This document shows, one piece after another, positions 1 to 13,687 of a stretch of 64,000 bases of DNA (positions are counted from its first letter, which is position 1; each line of letters opens with the position of its first letter). A program made the position numbers and the translations under genes. Source of the DNA: Balanoglossus misakiensis (lineage: Eukaryota; Animalia; Hemichordata); the NCBI GenBank assembly GCA_040954595.2, contig CM082595.2:6996193-7060192 (forward strand), written 5' to 3'. A model generated the notes under the pieces. It did no database searches, was not told the origin of the DNA, and saw only the letters and a list, made by a program, of their open reading frames with translations.

Positions 1-1719
1 CAGTCGGTACACAGAAATACACTGTAAAAACGACAAGTTACAGTTACTGCCCCCATAATAACATACAGCCAGGGGCGAGGTCGGACAAGCAATTTCCTGA
101 TGTCCATGTCACTTTTCAATTTCATGTGTCTGTTTCAAAATGTAGAAACCACCCATAGCAAAAGTATGCAATGATAAAACATCATTGTACGTTCCAGTGA
201 AGTAATATTTGCACAGTTGCAAGCTGTAAATTGATAGTCGTAATAGCGTACACTGTACATGTAAAATAAAAGACCTTACTCAAGTGAAAAAACGTAAAAG
301 CAGAAAAGTGATGAGTTTGCTTTATTTCAAGCCTTCGAAAATAAAATAGATTTAAAAAAAAAACATACTCCACTTTGACAAGGCCCTCCCAACACTGTCT
401 CAAGCCTAACAGTAATATTTCTTTTTCACACCTGGTGTCAATGCATTCTTGAACAAGGCCAACCCCAGCATTCTTTTTCCTTGGATTCACATATATGCAG
501 GAACAGTATCTCCAACGTTTCTTCTGCCTTTTCAAAAGCGTACAAATCAAACTACATGTATGTATGTACGTAGTTCATAAGTTTGAAACAAGGAGGTGTA
601 CTTATTTTGTGATATTATGACACAAGGAATGATATTATGATACATTTAGGACTGGTGCATTTTACAAAATTCTCAAATCAACAGGAGAAATATGTTCAAT
701 GAAATTATGATACATTCTCCCATACCAGCAGCCTGCACCTAGGTACAAAATCTAGACCAACTCAAACATGCAACCACTGAGAATGTATGACAAAAAGTTT
801 ATTTTCAAAAATTTTAGTGTGTGGTCATAGCGATAGGATAGAAAAAAAATTGGTGATGTTCTGTTGGGGCGGTATCTAACAATGCTAATAACTGCCATTA
901 GGGGGTTGTTTATTTGTCTACCGCTCCCCTTATTACAATCCTTGAAGTCAATTATTTCTTTACAGTTTTGTTGTGAATGATGGCCCCACAGCAGCAAGAG
1001 TCAATCTTTTGTTGGCAACCCGACAGCAATTCTGACACCATTAGTAAACAGGCATTTTTGTTCTTTTGTTGTATATTAAGTGTTAAATCCAACAGATTTT
1101 GTAAGACCAAAAGCTAGACAAGTTTGTACAAGGTCGTCCTGGCACGCCGCCAAATATGGTTTTTTGTTACTCTCAAACAAGGTGGCATTGATCAGGTTTC
1201 CATGGTATTCGATAGGCGATGATTGCTGATTCTGGCTCACAAAGAGAAGCCTGCAACCGACGCTTTGCGTACACAATTATAAATTAAAACCCACACAAGT
1301 CACAGTCGTGTTTTCTTGTCTGAGATGATGTATCTGGTGACCGGAGTTTTTACGAAAGTGACTTGCCTGTCATTCAAACACATAAACTGCTTTCAAATAC
1401 GAAATGTACTATATACAGTGTCTACAAGAAAGTGCAGATTTTGTTGCAAGTCCTTGAAAGCTACACCAGTGTTGGAATACAGCCAACTGACAAATTTCAA
1501 ATCGTTTTCTTTTAACATACATATTCAAACAAGAAGCCTGTTAACTCCTAGACCTGATTTGAGTTTTAACAATCAGGGAGAAAAAACAAGAAAATGTGCA
1601 TTTTGGCAAATTTGATACAGAATTTTATTAGTGAAATTAAATTTTCTTACTATGATTTATTGTTGTGTAACCAGTGTAGTATAGTAATCCAAGTAAATAC
1701 AGAGATACATTGACCAAAT

Positions 1720-1910
1720 ATACACATGATGACTGACAATGAGGGCAACAGTGTATTTTGATGACCGAGGGCACTGCTAGTCACAACTAAAACAGTCTTG
1801 TTTTCCCGAGGGCATAGCCCGAGGGAAAACAGACTGTTTTGGTGTGACTGGCAGTCCCGAGGTCATTAAAAATACACTGTTGCCCGAATATGTCAGTCAT
1901 CATGTGTTTT
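1720..1910. mobile_element. Palindromic MITE-like repeat; second copy at 30543-30681
   Basis: TATACACATGATGACTGACA...TGTCAGTCATCATGTGT shared by both copies. Confidence 0.7.
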
Positions 1911-2203
1911 ATAACACACCAAACCGATCGAACTGATGCCCTGGGGAACAGTTCGAAATGACTAAGGTCACGTGACGTGGTATTGACGAATCACGATCGA
2001 GGGTTCGCTGCATGGTGTGTTACAATACAAGATATAGCATGAAAAAATATGTCCATTTATGTAATTTTACAATTCATCATATTTATGGAAAGTTTGAATT
2101 TTGTCAGAAGGTATACTGCTATATTATCATTATATGCCATTTTTATGTAATAAAAAGCACTTTCTCTGTTGCTTTTAGGTCACAGTGATTGAAATTAACA
2201 GAA

Positions 2204-5200
2204 ATGTCCGACAACCTAAGACCTGTTATCCCGTCCAATAAAGGCCTCCCGCCTGCCACACAGACACTGGAAGTGTTGCAGCAGAGACTGAATTCTGCCG
2301 AAGTGGACACGATGAATTTAGTGCGCCAGCTACACGACATGGGACTGCACTCCGCAGCGGTGACGGAATCGCCCACCAAGGACATAGGGCTCCAACCGCC
2401 CCTCCCCCCGTTCCAGGTCAGCAACCCGGACATGGACGCGCTGTTGAAAAACTACGACAATATGGTGTCCCGCGTCTGCAAGACCGAGAGCACGATCCAG
2501 TCGCTGAAACTCAACTTGTGTTCCATGCAGGCTGTGCACGACCTGAGCAAAAAGGAGACCGGCTCGCTGAGTGAGAAACTGGCGATTACCACTGAAGCGT
2601 ACGATAAGGACACAAAGAAACTGACTCGCGAGTTGGCGCGAGCCCGCAAAGAACTCAAAGATACGCTAGACGAAAGAAATGGCTTGGAGGAAGATGTGAG
2701 AAGATTATCGTCAGCTCTAGAAGTTGCTACAGCTGCAAAGGTGGGCACATTTCTTCTTTTTTTTTTGTCAGTGTTTTACGCATCTTGTAAATGTAAGCAC
2801 TTTGTAAATAATAGGCAAATTGGGAATTATTCTCAGAATTGTCTCGTGTTTTGTCTTGTAGACTGACTTGGCACTCAAGTATGAAGAAATCAAGTCAACG
2901 AAACAAAAGCTTAACAAGAGGCTGTTAGAAGTGAGTACTGTTGTACACACATTGTGCTCTGGAATTTTGATTATCCAAGTTCATTGCACTGATTAAAGGG
3001 ACAACGTCTCTCTCTCTCTCGCTGTCCCTTTTCCCATTAATTATGTTTGATACAAGACACTGTTTATGTTATTCTACATGTGGATATATAGTGAATCAAC
3101 GTTAGATATGAGAGCAAAAATCTCGCCAAAATGAATAAATGGTAAACACTGATTATTCATTTTGGCGAGTTTTTCACTCTCGTGTCTACATGTACAAGTG
3201 GGATGAAAGTTGTGTGGTCGAACATTGGTTCACTACATATACACATGTACATTAACATAAACGGTGTTCTGTATCAAACAAAATTAATGGAAAAAGGGCA
3301 GCGAGAGACAGACTTTGTCCCTTTAACCGACCATGGGTATACTATTGTGAAAGATAGCACTTCAGACTTTTTATTTTCTCTGGTGTTTACTTTGGAAGTT
3401 CTGTATTGTTTTAATTGCCATGTGTGACCTTTCTTATTTCATCTTAATGGGGAGTATAGATGAGAGGTGAACTAGCCCGGGAGGTCAGTCTGAGAGCCAG
3501 CCTGGAAGAGTCACATGCAACTTTGCTTCAACGGATCAAAGACATGGAGGGGGTCGTGGAGAGTGAGAGGTCGGAGGTGAGACTTGAACCCTAATACTAT
3601 TGGGTGTCATATCTGTTTAGAGTGTCAAGTCCCTTAAAATACGTATTTGCCACTTTTTCTTCAAAAACGTATTTTGACTGTCTTGACATGGCTCTCATAC
3701 GTACTTATACACACTAGGCAGTCTGAGCCCTCTATAACATTTACCAAATCGCACTGGTTTGCACTGTATTGATCTGAGGGTCTTGTACAGGCCCTACTGA
3801 TTAGCACACACTTGGCTGTCTAACAGGCCTGGGAGCCTGGATTCTAGGCACTTACATGTAACAGGAAATACAGAAATGTTTTCGAACACAAACATATCCA
3901 GGAATTGTTATTCAGGTTATAGTGACCATTTTCTCAGAATGTTGGTGTTTTTGCAAACCATCTGGTATGCCAGGAACTTTCAGTACGTCATATCGCGACC
4001 AGATGTTAATATCCAGTGTCCTTGTAGACGAAAGTGTAGACAACAAGTGTATTCACATCCGCTGGAAAATACGCAAATTAACTGATTCCTTGTGTTGCAT
4101 GCTAACATCTACCTGTTACAATGTGCTTTCCGTAAATCGTATGTTTGTGCACTTGAAGTGAAAACATAACTTCAAAGAAACTCCTGTAGGTCATTGTGTG
4201 ACCTTTCTGAAATACTATTCAAGGCTGTAGTGTTGGTCCACAGTTGATGCTTGTGGGATTTGCCAAAGCAAAAGATTGTATTTTGACAAGCCTGACTTTC
4301 CATTCTGTGTTGATGTCATTTCAATTTTCATCACCCTTCACCAGGTGAAGACACTCTCCAACGACTGCAGCATTCTCAGGAAGGAAGGAGTGAAGGTGAA
4401 ACAGGAAAATAAACGAGAGCACCAACTCCGCGAGCATCTGGAGCATGCCATCAAGCAACTTGGTCAGGAAATAGGTGAATAAGAAATCATTCCCTCACTT
4501 CCTTTGACAGTGGTATGGTCCTTTTGGTTATGATACAGAAAGAGAACAGTCAGCTGCAGATTTTATGATGAAGGCAGGGGTATAGTATAATGTATAATGT
4601 GTTTTAAAAGCACCTCTCAGTTGAATAACCCCAGCCTCCATCCCTCCCCCATCATCCCACCCTCCCCCAACCCTTTCACTGTATCTGTGTAGCTGTTCTG
4701 TTATGTTGCTTTAGTAATATGTTATTCAGATATTAGAAAAATGTGCCATTTTCTTTTTACAGAAGAAAAAAATAAACAACTCAGGGATGTAAAGGAAGAA
4801 AACAAGGTTTGTTGTTAGAGAATAATTTGATCACTGTTCTCTCCCAGTATTGATGTTACTTCCTCCATTCAATGAACTCAGCACTGAATAATCATTATCG
4901 CTCAGGTGACAGTTTGGTTTGTGTTTTGTTACTCGTCAGTGATTATGTGTGGGTCATTGTTAGGAAACTGGATGACTTTGACGTCATTCAGGTTGTTTTT
5001 TGCTAAGCAGGATATTTTGGTGAGCTGCCTGTCTGTTTACTGTCATAAGATGTGTTTTCATGTTGGCTACACAATTGTGGGAGTCACATGTGTGTGGTTG
5101 GGAAGCCTTGCCTTGCATCATACATGTCAATCAGAACCACACTAATTATTGTTCACATTGTATTTTGCGCAGGTGTCTTCAGCAACAATATTTGCAATGA

Positions 5201-8200
5201 AGAAAGAAACGATTGAGATGAGAAACGAAATGGAGCAACTCAGAAAAGAGAAGGAGGAAGCGCAGGTGAGAGTTTCCATAACACTCCTGTGTTATCTGTC
5301 CATCCATTAACTGCAGCTTTTATTCTCTCATAAGTTTCTTTCAAACTAAAGGGTTAAAGGGACAAAGTCTCTCGCTGCCCTTTACCATTAATTATGTTTG
5401 ATGCAAGACACCGTTCATGTTATTGTACATGTGGATATATAGTGAATCAACGTTCGACCACACACAACTTCCATCCAGCTTGTAGGATATGAGAGTAAAA
5501 ACTCGCCCAAAATGAATAAAAGGTAGAGAATGATTATTCATTTTGAGAGTATTTTCACTTTCGTATCTACAAGCAGGATGGATGTTGTGTGTGGTTGAAC
5601 GTTCATTCACTATATATCCACATGTAGAATAACATAAACTGTGTCTTTTACCAAACATAATTAATGGAAAAAGGGCAGGAATAGAGAGACTTTGTCCCTT
5701 TAATTCTCAGGATATTGAATTTCATTGTGAGCAAAAAGTTGCCCCTTTAGCACCACACACGATTGTTTCCCAGGTGCAAGTCTTCCTGTCTAAAAAAAAT
5801 TACTTCCTGTAATAAGGCAAAGCAAAACTCCCATCTAGGCTTTCTAATGATGGAGCCATATCGCTGGTTACCATGACTACTATGACCACCACTGTCGAAA
5901 GAAAGACCACTAACTTTTTGTCCTAAGGTTTATTGCCATTCCCTTCTTTCGGATTATATTTTTTAAATATATTTTTTTTCCAAATTTGTTATTTTGACAA
6001 TTTTATTACAATTATTCTATTTGCAGGCAACTCTTGAACAGCTGGAAACAGAAAATAAAGAAGTCCATGAGGCCTTAAAAACAGCAACAATGGAAAACGC
6101 CAAGTTGGTGGAAGAGAATAAAAAATCTCTAGAGGTATTGACATTTTTTTATTGAGAGGGTATACTGTAAAACATTTTATTTTTGCAAGTTGAAATTTTC
6201 GCGATATCGAGAGAGGCCACTGTTTCGCGAGTATTAATTTTCGCGTTCTCTTATTTCATTCATGCATCGTTATCATCAAAAACAATTTACGCGACTTTTT
6301 ATATTCACGCTATTTTGGCTCTCGTGTATATCGCAAAAATTTATTGCTCGTGAAAATAAAGTGTTGTACAGTATACAGTGTGTTGTTTTCCTTGATTAAA
6401 GATATACAGTCACCTCCAATTTACATACGCTCATATATGGCTCAAATGGCATATTTAAGTGTTCTAAAGAACATATGGTGATGCTCTTTTTTCGTGTGTG
6501 CCACCCACTGAAAATCTATGATTGGCTAGATCCCAATTTGCTATGGTAACTATAGCTAATTTTCCATAGGTGACCGTATACTTTTAATTGGCCATGTATT
6601 TTTATTGAGTACATGAGAATATTTTCAATGTGATGCATGTATTTCTGTTTGTCCTTGTTTGGAACAGACACAGAAGAAGTCAGTGTATTCGGAGCTGGAA
6701 GAGAAAATGAAGGCACTTGTAGAACAGAGCAATGAAGACAGACAAGCAAAGCAAGCGGCAGAGAAGAAAATGTGAGTGATGTCAGTTTTCTTCTCACCAA
6801 TATTGTTAACCCAAAAACACCGTGTGTAATGTTACTGGCATAAAGTCTCTTACTTTTCCTGTTGGAATGTGTTTGTTATGTTGGAGACTTTCTGCATGTT
6901 ATTGTTTATCCTGGCTTACAGGGCACAGTAGTTTTTTTCAAGCAACCCCTGTAGCTACAACTGCAGTATTCCAATCCATACATGGTGTGATATCAATATT
7001 GGGACGTAGACTTTGATGAATTTGTATTCGCCATTTTCATTATTACACTATACTGCACTCAACTTTCACCAGAAAAACTCTGTTTAAGATTATTGTAGTG
7101 ATATTTAGAAACTCCTGGTAAAATATTATTGTGCTCAGAAGTTTATCATTGTTGCAGAAACGCATATGCTCAATTTCTCACAGCAATGAACTGCAAACAG
7201 ACGTGGAAATCACCAAAGCAAGACTGCAGAATGAGGAGGACAAATCCAAGAAAGATAGGGAGGCCCTAGAGAGTGCCTTAGATCAGCTCAAAGATGAACT
7301 CTTGTGTATTCAGAAAGACAAAGAGACAGCGATGAAAGACAAGGAGAATTTACTGGAAGAAGTGAGTGAGAATTACATGTATATTTGACCTTAAAGAGAC
7401 AAAGTGTCTCTCTCGCTGCCCCTTTTCCATTAATTATGTTTGATACAAGTCACCGTTTATGTTATTCTACATGTGGATATATAGTGAATGAACGTTTGAC
7501 CACACACAATTTCCATCCCGTTTTTAGGATATATGTATGACAGTAGACATCTTGCCAAAACGAATAAATGGTAAAGCCTGATTATTCATTTTGGCGATTT
7601 TTTCACTGTTGTGTTTACAAGCAGGATGAAACTTGGAAGTAGTGTGTGGTCAAACGTTGGTTCACTATATATCCATATGATGACATAAACAGTGTCTTGA
7701 ATCACACATAATTAATGGAAAAAAGGGCAGCGAGAGAGAGACTTTGTCCCTTTCAAACTCCATGAAAAGTTAAATACTGCCTCAACTAAGTTCATGTTCT
7801 GAATCTTGTATCATGGCTTTTTATTTCTCAGGTGAACCAGGCTGTGGATGGCATGTCTGAAGAAAGGAATAAACTCCAGGAAGAGCTGGCTCAGGCTAAA
7901 CTGGATCTATCCAGTTTGAACCAGGAGAAGGCGCAGATGGAACAGGAAAATTCCAGATTGATGGAGAGAATGGGAGCTGTTGAACAACAACAGGTAAGGA
8001 ACTGTGGGTGATTAAAGCATGCATGTGACAGAGTTATGGGTTGATCTTTGACCTATAGGTGTCCCGTGCATAGTAGATAAACAATAAAGCACTGTAAAAT
8101 ACGCGAGAGCCAAAATAGCGTGAAAAGAAAAAGTCGCATACATTTTTTTTTAAGATAACGACTGCAGTGAATGAAATAAGAGAACACGAAAATTTATACT

Positions 8201-11200
8201 TGCAAAACAGTTGCCTCTTTTTATATTGTGAAAATTTCCTGTCGCGAAAACAGGGCCAAGCCATTCTTAGTCTTAGCTACATGTGTAGCTGATCAGAAAA
8301 GAACACTTGATCTAGATCATAGCAGTCCAAAATATTATGAATAAGTGTGTATTGAAATACCTACCAGGGGTATACTTTAGCACTAGTTTGCACACTTGAT
8401 CTTGTTTATACTACTGTCTGTTTAAATTCTTAGGTACACCAATTTATGTTATTGCTGTTCAGTGTACAATTTGTGTTTACCTGTTTCTCATAAACAGCAA
8501 GCACAGAGCCAAGTAGAGAACGCCATGAAAGAGATGCTGGAAAGTAAGAACCGACTGGCCTACGAGAAAGGAAGACTTCAGACCAAAGTGGACCAACTCC
8601 AGGAAGAGCTAAGTGCCATGGCTAATACCAAGACCGAGGGCGTTCAACTCAAGAAAATGAATACTATGCTCGAAACAAAATTTACCAAGGTAAAAATTAA
8701 TTAGTGGCGTAACGATCTAAAGACAAACAATAAGTATTGTAATGTACCTTGTTCAACTGAAATTTGGCCCAAAATTCATTTTTTTTTTCTCTCTCTCTCT
8801 CTCTTCTAGACTAATGCTGACTTGAGTACAGCTAAAATACAGATACAGCGATTAGAAACTCAACTGAAACAGGTGAGATCTGGATTCCCTCTCCTTCATG
8901 GGTGAAAAATAAATAGAAGCATGAACGTTTTCTGTAAATATTGGAAATACTAGTGAAACCCTTGTATTTGAACTTTCAAACAATATTTTGGTAGATAGCA
9001 AATACTTCGGATTTTTTAAGGTGGTATTGACATACACATGTCTTAGTATTGAGATTTCGCCTGCCCTTGCTTTCAGCTTCAATCGCAGTCTGACAGGAAG
9101 GAGAAAGACTTCGCCATGGCCATACAAGCCCGAGACGAAGCTTTGAAAGAAGGTCAACGACTCCTGGGTCACATCGAGGCAGTGGAAGAACGGGAGAGAC
9201 AAAAGGTAAGTTGTTTATTGCCATCTATTGTAGCTGTAATAGTCCTACATGTACTCCAGAAATCCAAAAAGTAGCCCTCACAAGCGGGTTACAGTAAAAC
9301 TCCAATTATCCGAATTGTTTTGTTATCTGCACTGCTGTCATGTCCCCCAAACAGTTCTATTGTTTACAATCGTTATCCGGATAACCGAACTGTCTGCATA
9401 TCTGAACAAAATCAATGTCCCCCTGTCAGTTCGGATAATTGGAGTTTTACTGTACTGCAGTGTTCTCTATGGAAAATATACACAGGATTCGTCACATGAG
9501 AACAGTACAATACACATGGGTGGGTGCGTTCTAGTCTGGTCCCCTGCCCCAATCCCACCGCTGGCTGCACTACGCTAAAGGAAAGGATCAGGCATGGCCG
9601 TTTGAAAGCATGGCTCTCATTGGCCTACGGACATTGGAGGCATCCATCTTGTTTATGATCACATGGTCTTTGTTTCATTTCAATATACTGGCCAGGTTTT
9701 TGGCCAAGATCGGCCCGTACCTGACCCCTTTCCGTTAAACCCCGGTGCGGGGTATAAAAGACCCCCCAAATCAGTGGCGAATCTTAATGCCGTTTGACTG
9801 ACAACAGACAACACCAACGATCTTGGCTCTATGAAAATCGGCCCAAACAGGTCCAAGCATAAAGAATTACACCACACAACGACAGTAGTTGGCTTTATAA
9901 ACACTCACAACATAAAGTTATCGACGAAAAAGTACACGAGCTTATGAAACAACAATGATTTTGGGAGAAATCTGGTTTCAGTGCTTTTCAGAAGCGTCCC
10001 TGGGAAACAATAACCACGCCATTCAAACAGTTGTCAATCGCGTGGAAGTGTGAAGTGTTCAATTATTTTCTGTGTACATGAGAGCAATTACACAGTCATT
10101 ATGCACGACGACCACTCCCAAATAAACAACTATACAAACACACGTTAATCCGAACCCCAGGACTTTCCGCACCGGGGTTTAAGCGTAGCACAGCCAGCTG
10201 TGAGAATGGGGCAGGGGACCAGACCAGGTGTGTTCGTAAGAATACTCAAATTTCATTGTCTGTTTTGGACACATTTGTTTTGTTTATACTATGGTACACA
10301 CAAACTCCTGGGTTCACCTATTCTATTTTGTTTTTATTTTCTGATTTTTCACTTTTGTAAATTTTTGCAAACCCCAGGTGCACAGTCTGCAGAGAAGCCT
10401 GGCGGACGCTAAAGAGGACAACGCCAAGATTGCAGCAACTTTGGAGAGTGTGATGGGCTCTCATGGACAGCTACAGAACACTGTGGAGAGCCTTCAGACT
10501 GAGCTGGGAAGAAAAGACTGTGAGATGATGGCCCTGAAAAGCGACAGGTAATAAGACTGCTGTTGCCTTGTTTGTGAAAGTATTTCAGTGATGGCATTTG
10601 GCTACGGTAAAACGGGTTATTTTCGCGACAGGAAATTTTCACGATATCAAAAGAGGCAACTGTTACGCGAGGATTAATTTTCGCGTTTTCTTATTTCATT
10701 TACTGCATCGTTATCACCGAAAATCATTTTACGCGACTTTTTATTTTCGGTTCTCACGTATTTCACGAAAATTAATTGCTTGCGAAAATAGCCCGTTTTA
10801 GAGTATGTGTCTGAATAGGCAGCAGGTTCTAAAATGGCAAATTTGTTTGACATGTTGTACCCATGCAAAGGATGTGAGATGAGTTGTGACTGTAACAACC
10901 AATGATTAAGCATCAGAATATTGTCAGATGTGAGTGACGTGGTCCCTTTACCCCTTCTACCATAATGGTTTGACCCGAATCCACTGTTTTCTATGATAGA
11001 AGTGGACCTCTAAAGAGGTAACCGTGGGTAACAGGGTTTATGAATCCATAGTACACGTACTTTGATGTTTCAATTTCACACTTGATGTTTGTGTCTTGCA
11101 GGCAGAACGGTCAGCATTCTGTGTTTGAACTGCAGAATGAAGTGCAAAACCTGCACAATAAACTTCTTAATATGGAAACCATGGAAAATAGTGAGGTATG

Positions 11201-13457
11201 GTTCATCTTGCTGTTGTATAAAACATCTAGTCACTCTTGTGTTTAGTGAGAGAAGTTAATTTAATGATACAGGTCTGGAGTACCACAAGCAACAATATTT
11301 TTGGATGTGTACTTCAATAATCTATCTGTCTTTTATATGTAGTTGTCAAAAAACTGAACAAAGAAGGGTACATGTATTTCACGAGTGACCTTTTCAAATA
11401 CCGCACAGAATGCACTTGTAATTTGATAAGATTTCTGTAAAAGGTAAATATTGTTAAAAAATAACAGAAAATGTAACTGCCAAATCTGTGACAGGTTGAA
11501 CCGCTGAGACGTTCGTTAGAAAAAGCCAAACAAGACAACATCAAGATGGCAGCGTCTGTGGAGGAAGTGTTGCAGTCCAACACCCGGCTGCAGGTCAGCG
11601 TGGAGAAACTGCAGAACGAGCTGCAGCAGAAAGATCACCATCTACGCATGATCAAAGATCAAAGGTGAGATGGACCGTCAATAATAGTGCAGCAGCTAAG
11701 TTATGATAAATTCATGAAGAATTATCAACAAGATATATTGGAGAGTTCGCAACCCCTTTTCGCATATTCAGAGTGTTGGAAAATTCTCAGAACAGAAATT
11801 CCTAGACTTCCTCACAGCCCCTCTCGCCGTCCATGCAGGCTTATGGACTGATTGCATGTGTGCCCGGCGAGAAGGTTCGCTACACAACACCATATGGGGC
11901 TTCTCCTTTGCTAAACGGTTGAGGGCGCGTAGCGAACCGTGGGCTGTGAGAGAGTCTAGGAAATTCCTAGTATATGTCAGCATGAATGCATATCAAAAAC
12001 ATTATATGGCAAGTTCGGCTGTACTAGTGTTTTGTTTTGATTTGTTTTGTTTGTTGTTGTTTGGGGGGAGGGGGCTAGTAGCATACAGATTTCCTTACTG
12101 CTGCTTATTTTTTGCCCATTCTTTTCTGTTCGAAACACAGAGATCAGGAGAGGATGCAGTCTGAGCATCAGTTGAACAACTACCAAGAGAAACTGAACAG
12201 CCTGAAAGAACAAACTAAGAATGAAAGAGATTCCTCCAAGAAACGTACGCAGAGAGAACTTGCAGAAGTAAGCAAGACGTTAATACTTTAATAAACTTAA
12301 ATTATATGACTTCTAAATGGGAAGTGTACTTTCCAAATGAAATGTTGGATTAAAAGGAAAGAAATCATCCACTTGTCTCTTGGGGGTCCTGTTAAACACT
12401 GCCTGGCTAAAACTTTTTTCTAATTCCATGGTGCTGTAAAACAATTGTTTCAGTCAGTGTATACCTCATTGCAGTTGCTAAACTGAACCCCTATACATCA
12501 GAGATGCGGTTGATAATACTGTGATGTGTATCTTGTATCAACCTATGAAAATGTGCCGCTTGAACCTGTGGAACTTGAAATGTGACTATAGATTTCAACC
12601 AATAACATCCCTATTGGCGATCAGTAAACAAAAGTTAATTTTCTTTGGCTATGTCAAATGCATATCTTAACCCCTTACTTGTCAATTTCAGATCAAAAAA
12701 AATTACGATGACACCATCGGCAAAGTCTCAGACTTGTCCAAGGCCAACACCGAGCTGAGACACAAACTGATGGACTCGGAACAACAGACCAACAGATACA
12801 AAGAGAGAATACGAAGTCTCAAAGTGCAACTGGAACATTATCAGAAGAGCAAGAAGAATAGCGAAGAAATGACTGAGAAACTAAAGGTATTGGCGCCTTT
12901 ACCTCTGTCTTCATCGTACAGATTTTTTTCCTTTATAAAATAAAAATTATTTAATCAGCTGATTTGCTTCAGTATTCCATTTCTACATTTTGATTTGATT
13001 ATGTAATGTCTGTATTATGTTGTCATCATGGCAAGATGTTTTCAGATACACTAATAAATCTTACTTTATTACAGAGATACAAACTTAAGTATGTAATTTT
13101 TCATAAAATCCAAGGAAAATGCATTATTCTTACTTGTATTTTTAAAAGTGAAATTCTTACTATCTGTGCAGTGCATCAGTGAAGAACTAGCAGAACTGGA
13201 GAAAGTGAAGAATGAGTACATGATGAAGAACAGCCAACAGTCGAAAACCATCTGTTCCTTTGTCTCTCAGATATCCGGCCTGCAGTCGGAGTTGAAGACG
13301 CTTTCAGACACACAGCAAGAATTGACAGAAAAGTGCAGGTATTGGTGATGTTTGCTAGTTTAGCAGTGAATTGCATTGATTGGTATGATGGCTGGATTTC
13401 TTATGTATACGTAGAAAGTCTGACAATGTTTTGGTTAATCACACACTCTGTCTGTCT

Positions 13458-13507
<50 letters not shown>

Positions 13508-13656
13508 GTATATACATGCATGCATGCATGCATACATACATACATACATACATGCATGCATGCATACATACATACATACATACATACATACATACATACA
13601 TACATACATACATACATACATACATACATACATACATACATACATACATACATACA

Positions 13657-13687
<31 letters not shown>

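Noticed and set aside
182-1615. Short ORFs at the window start
   Set aside because: No recognisable motifs or consistent splice structure; probably intron or upstream sequence of the CCDC150-like gene.
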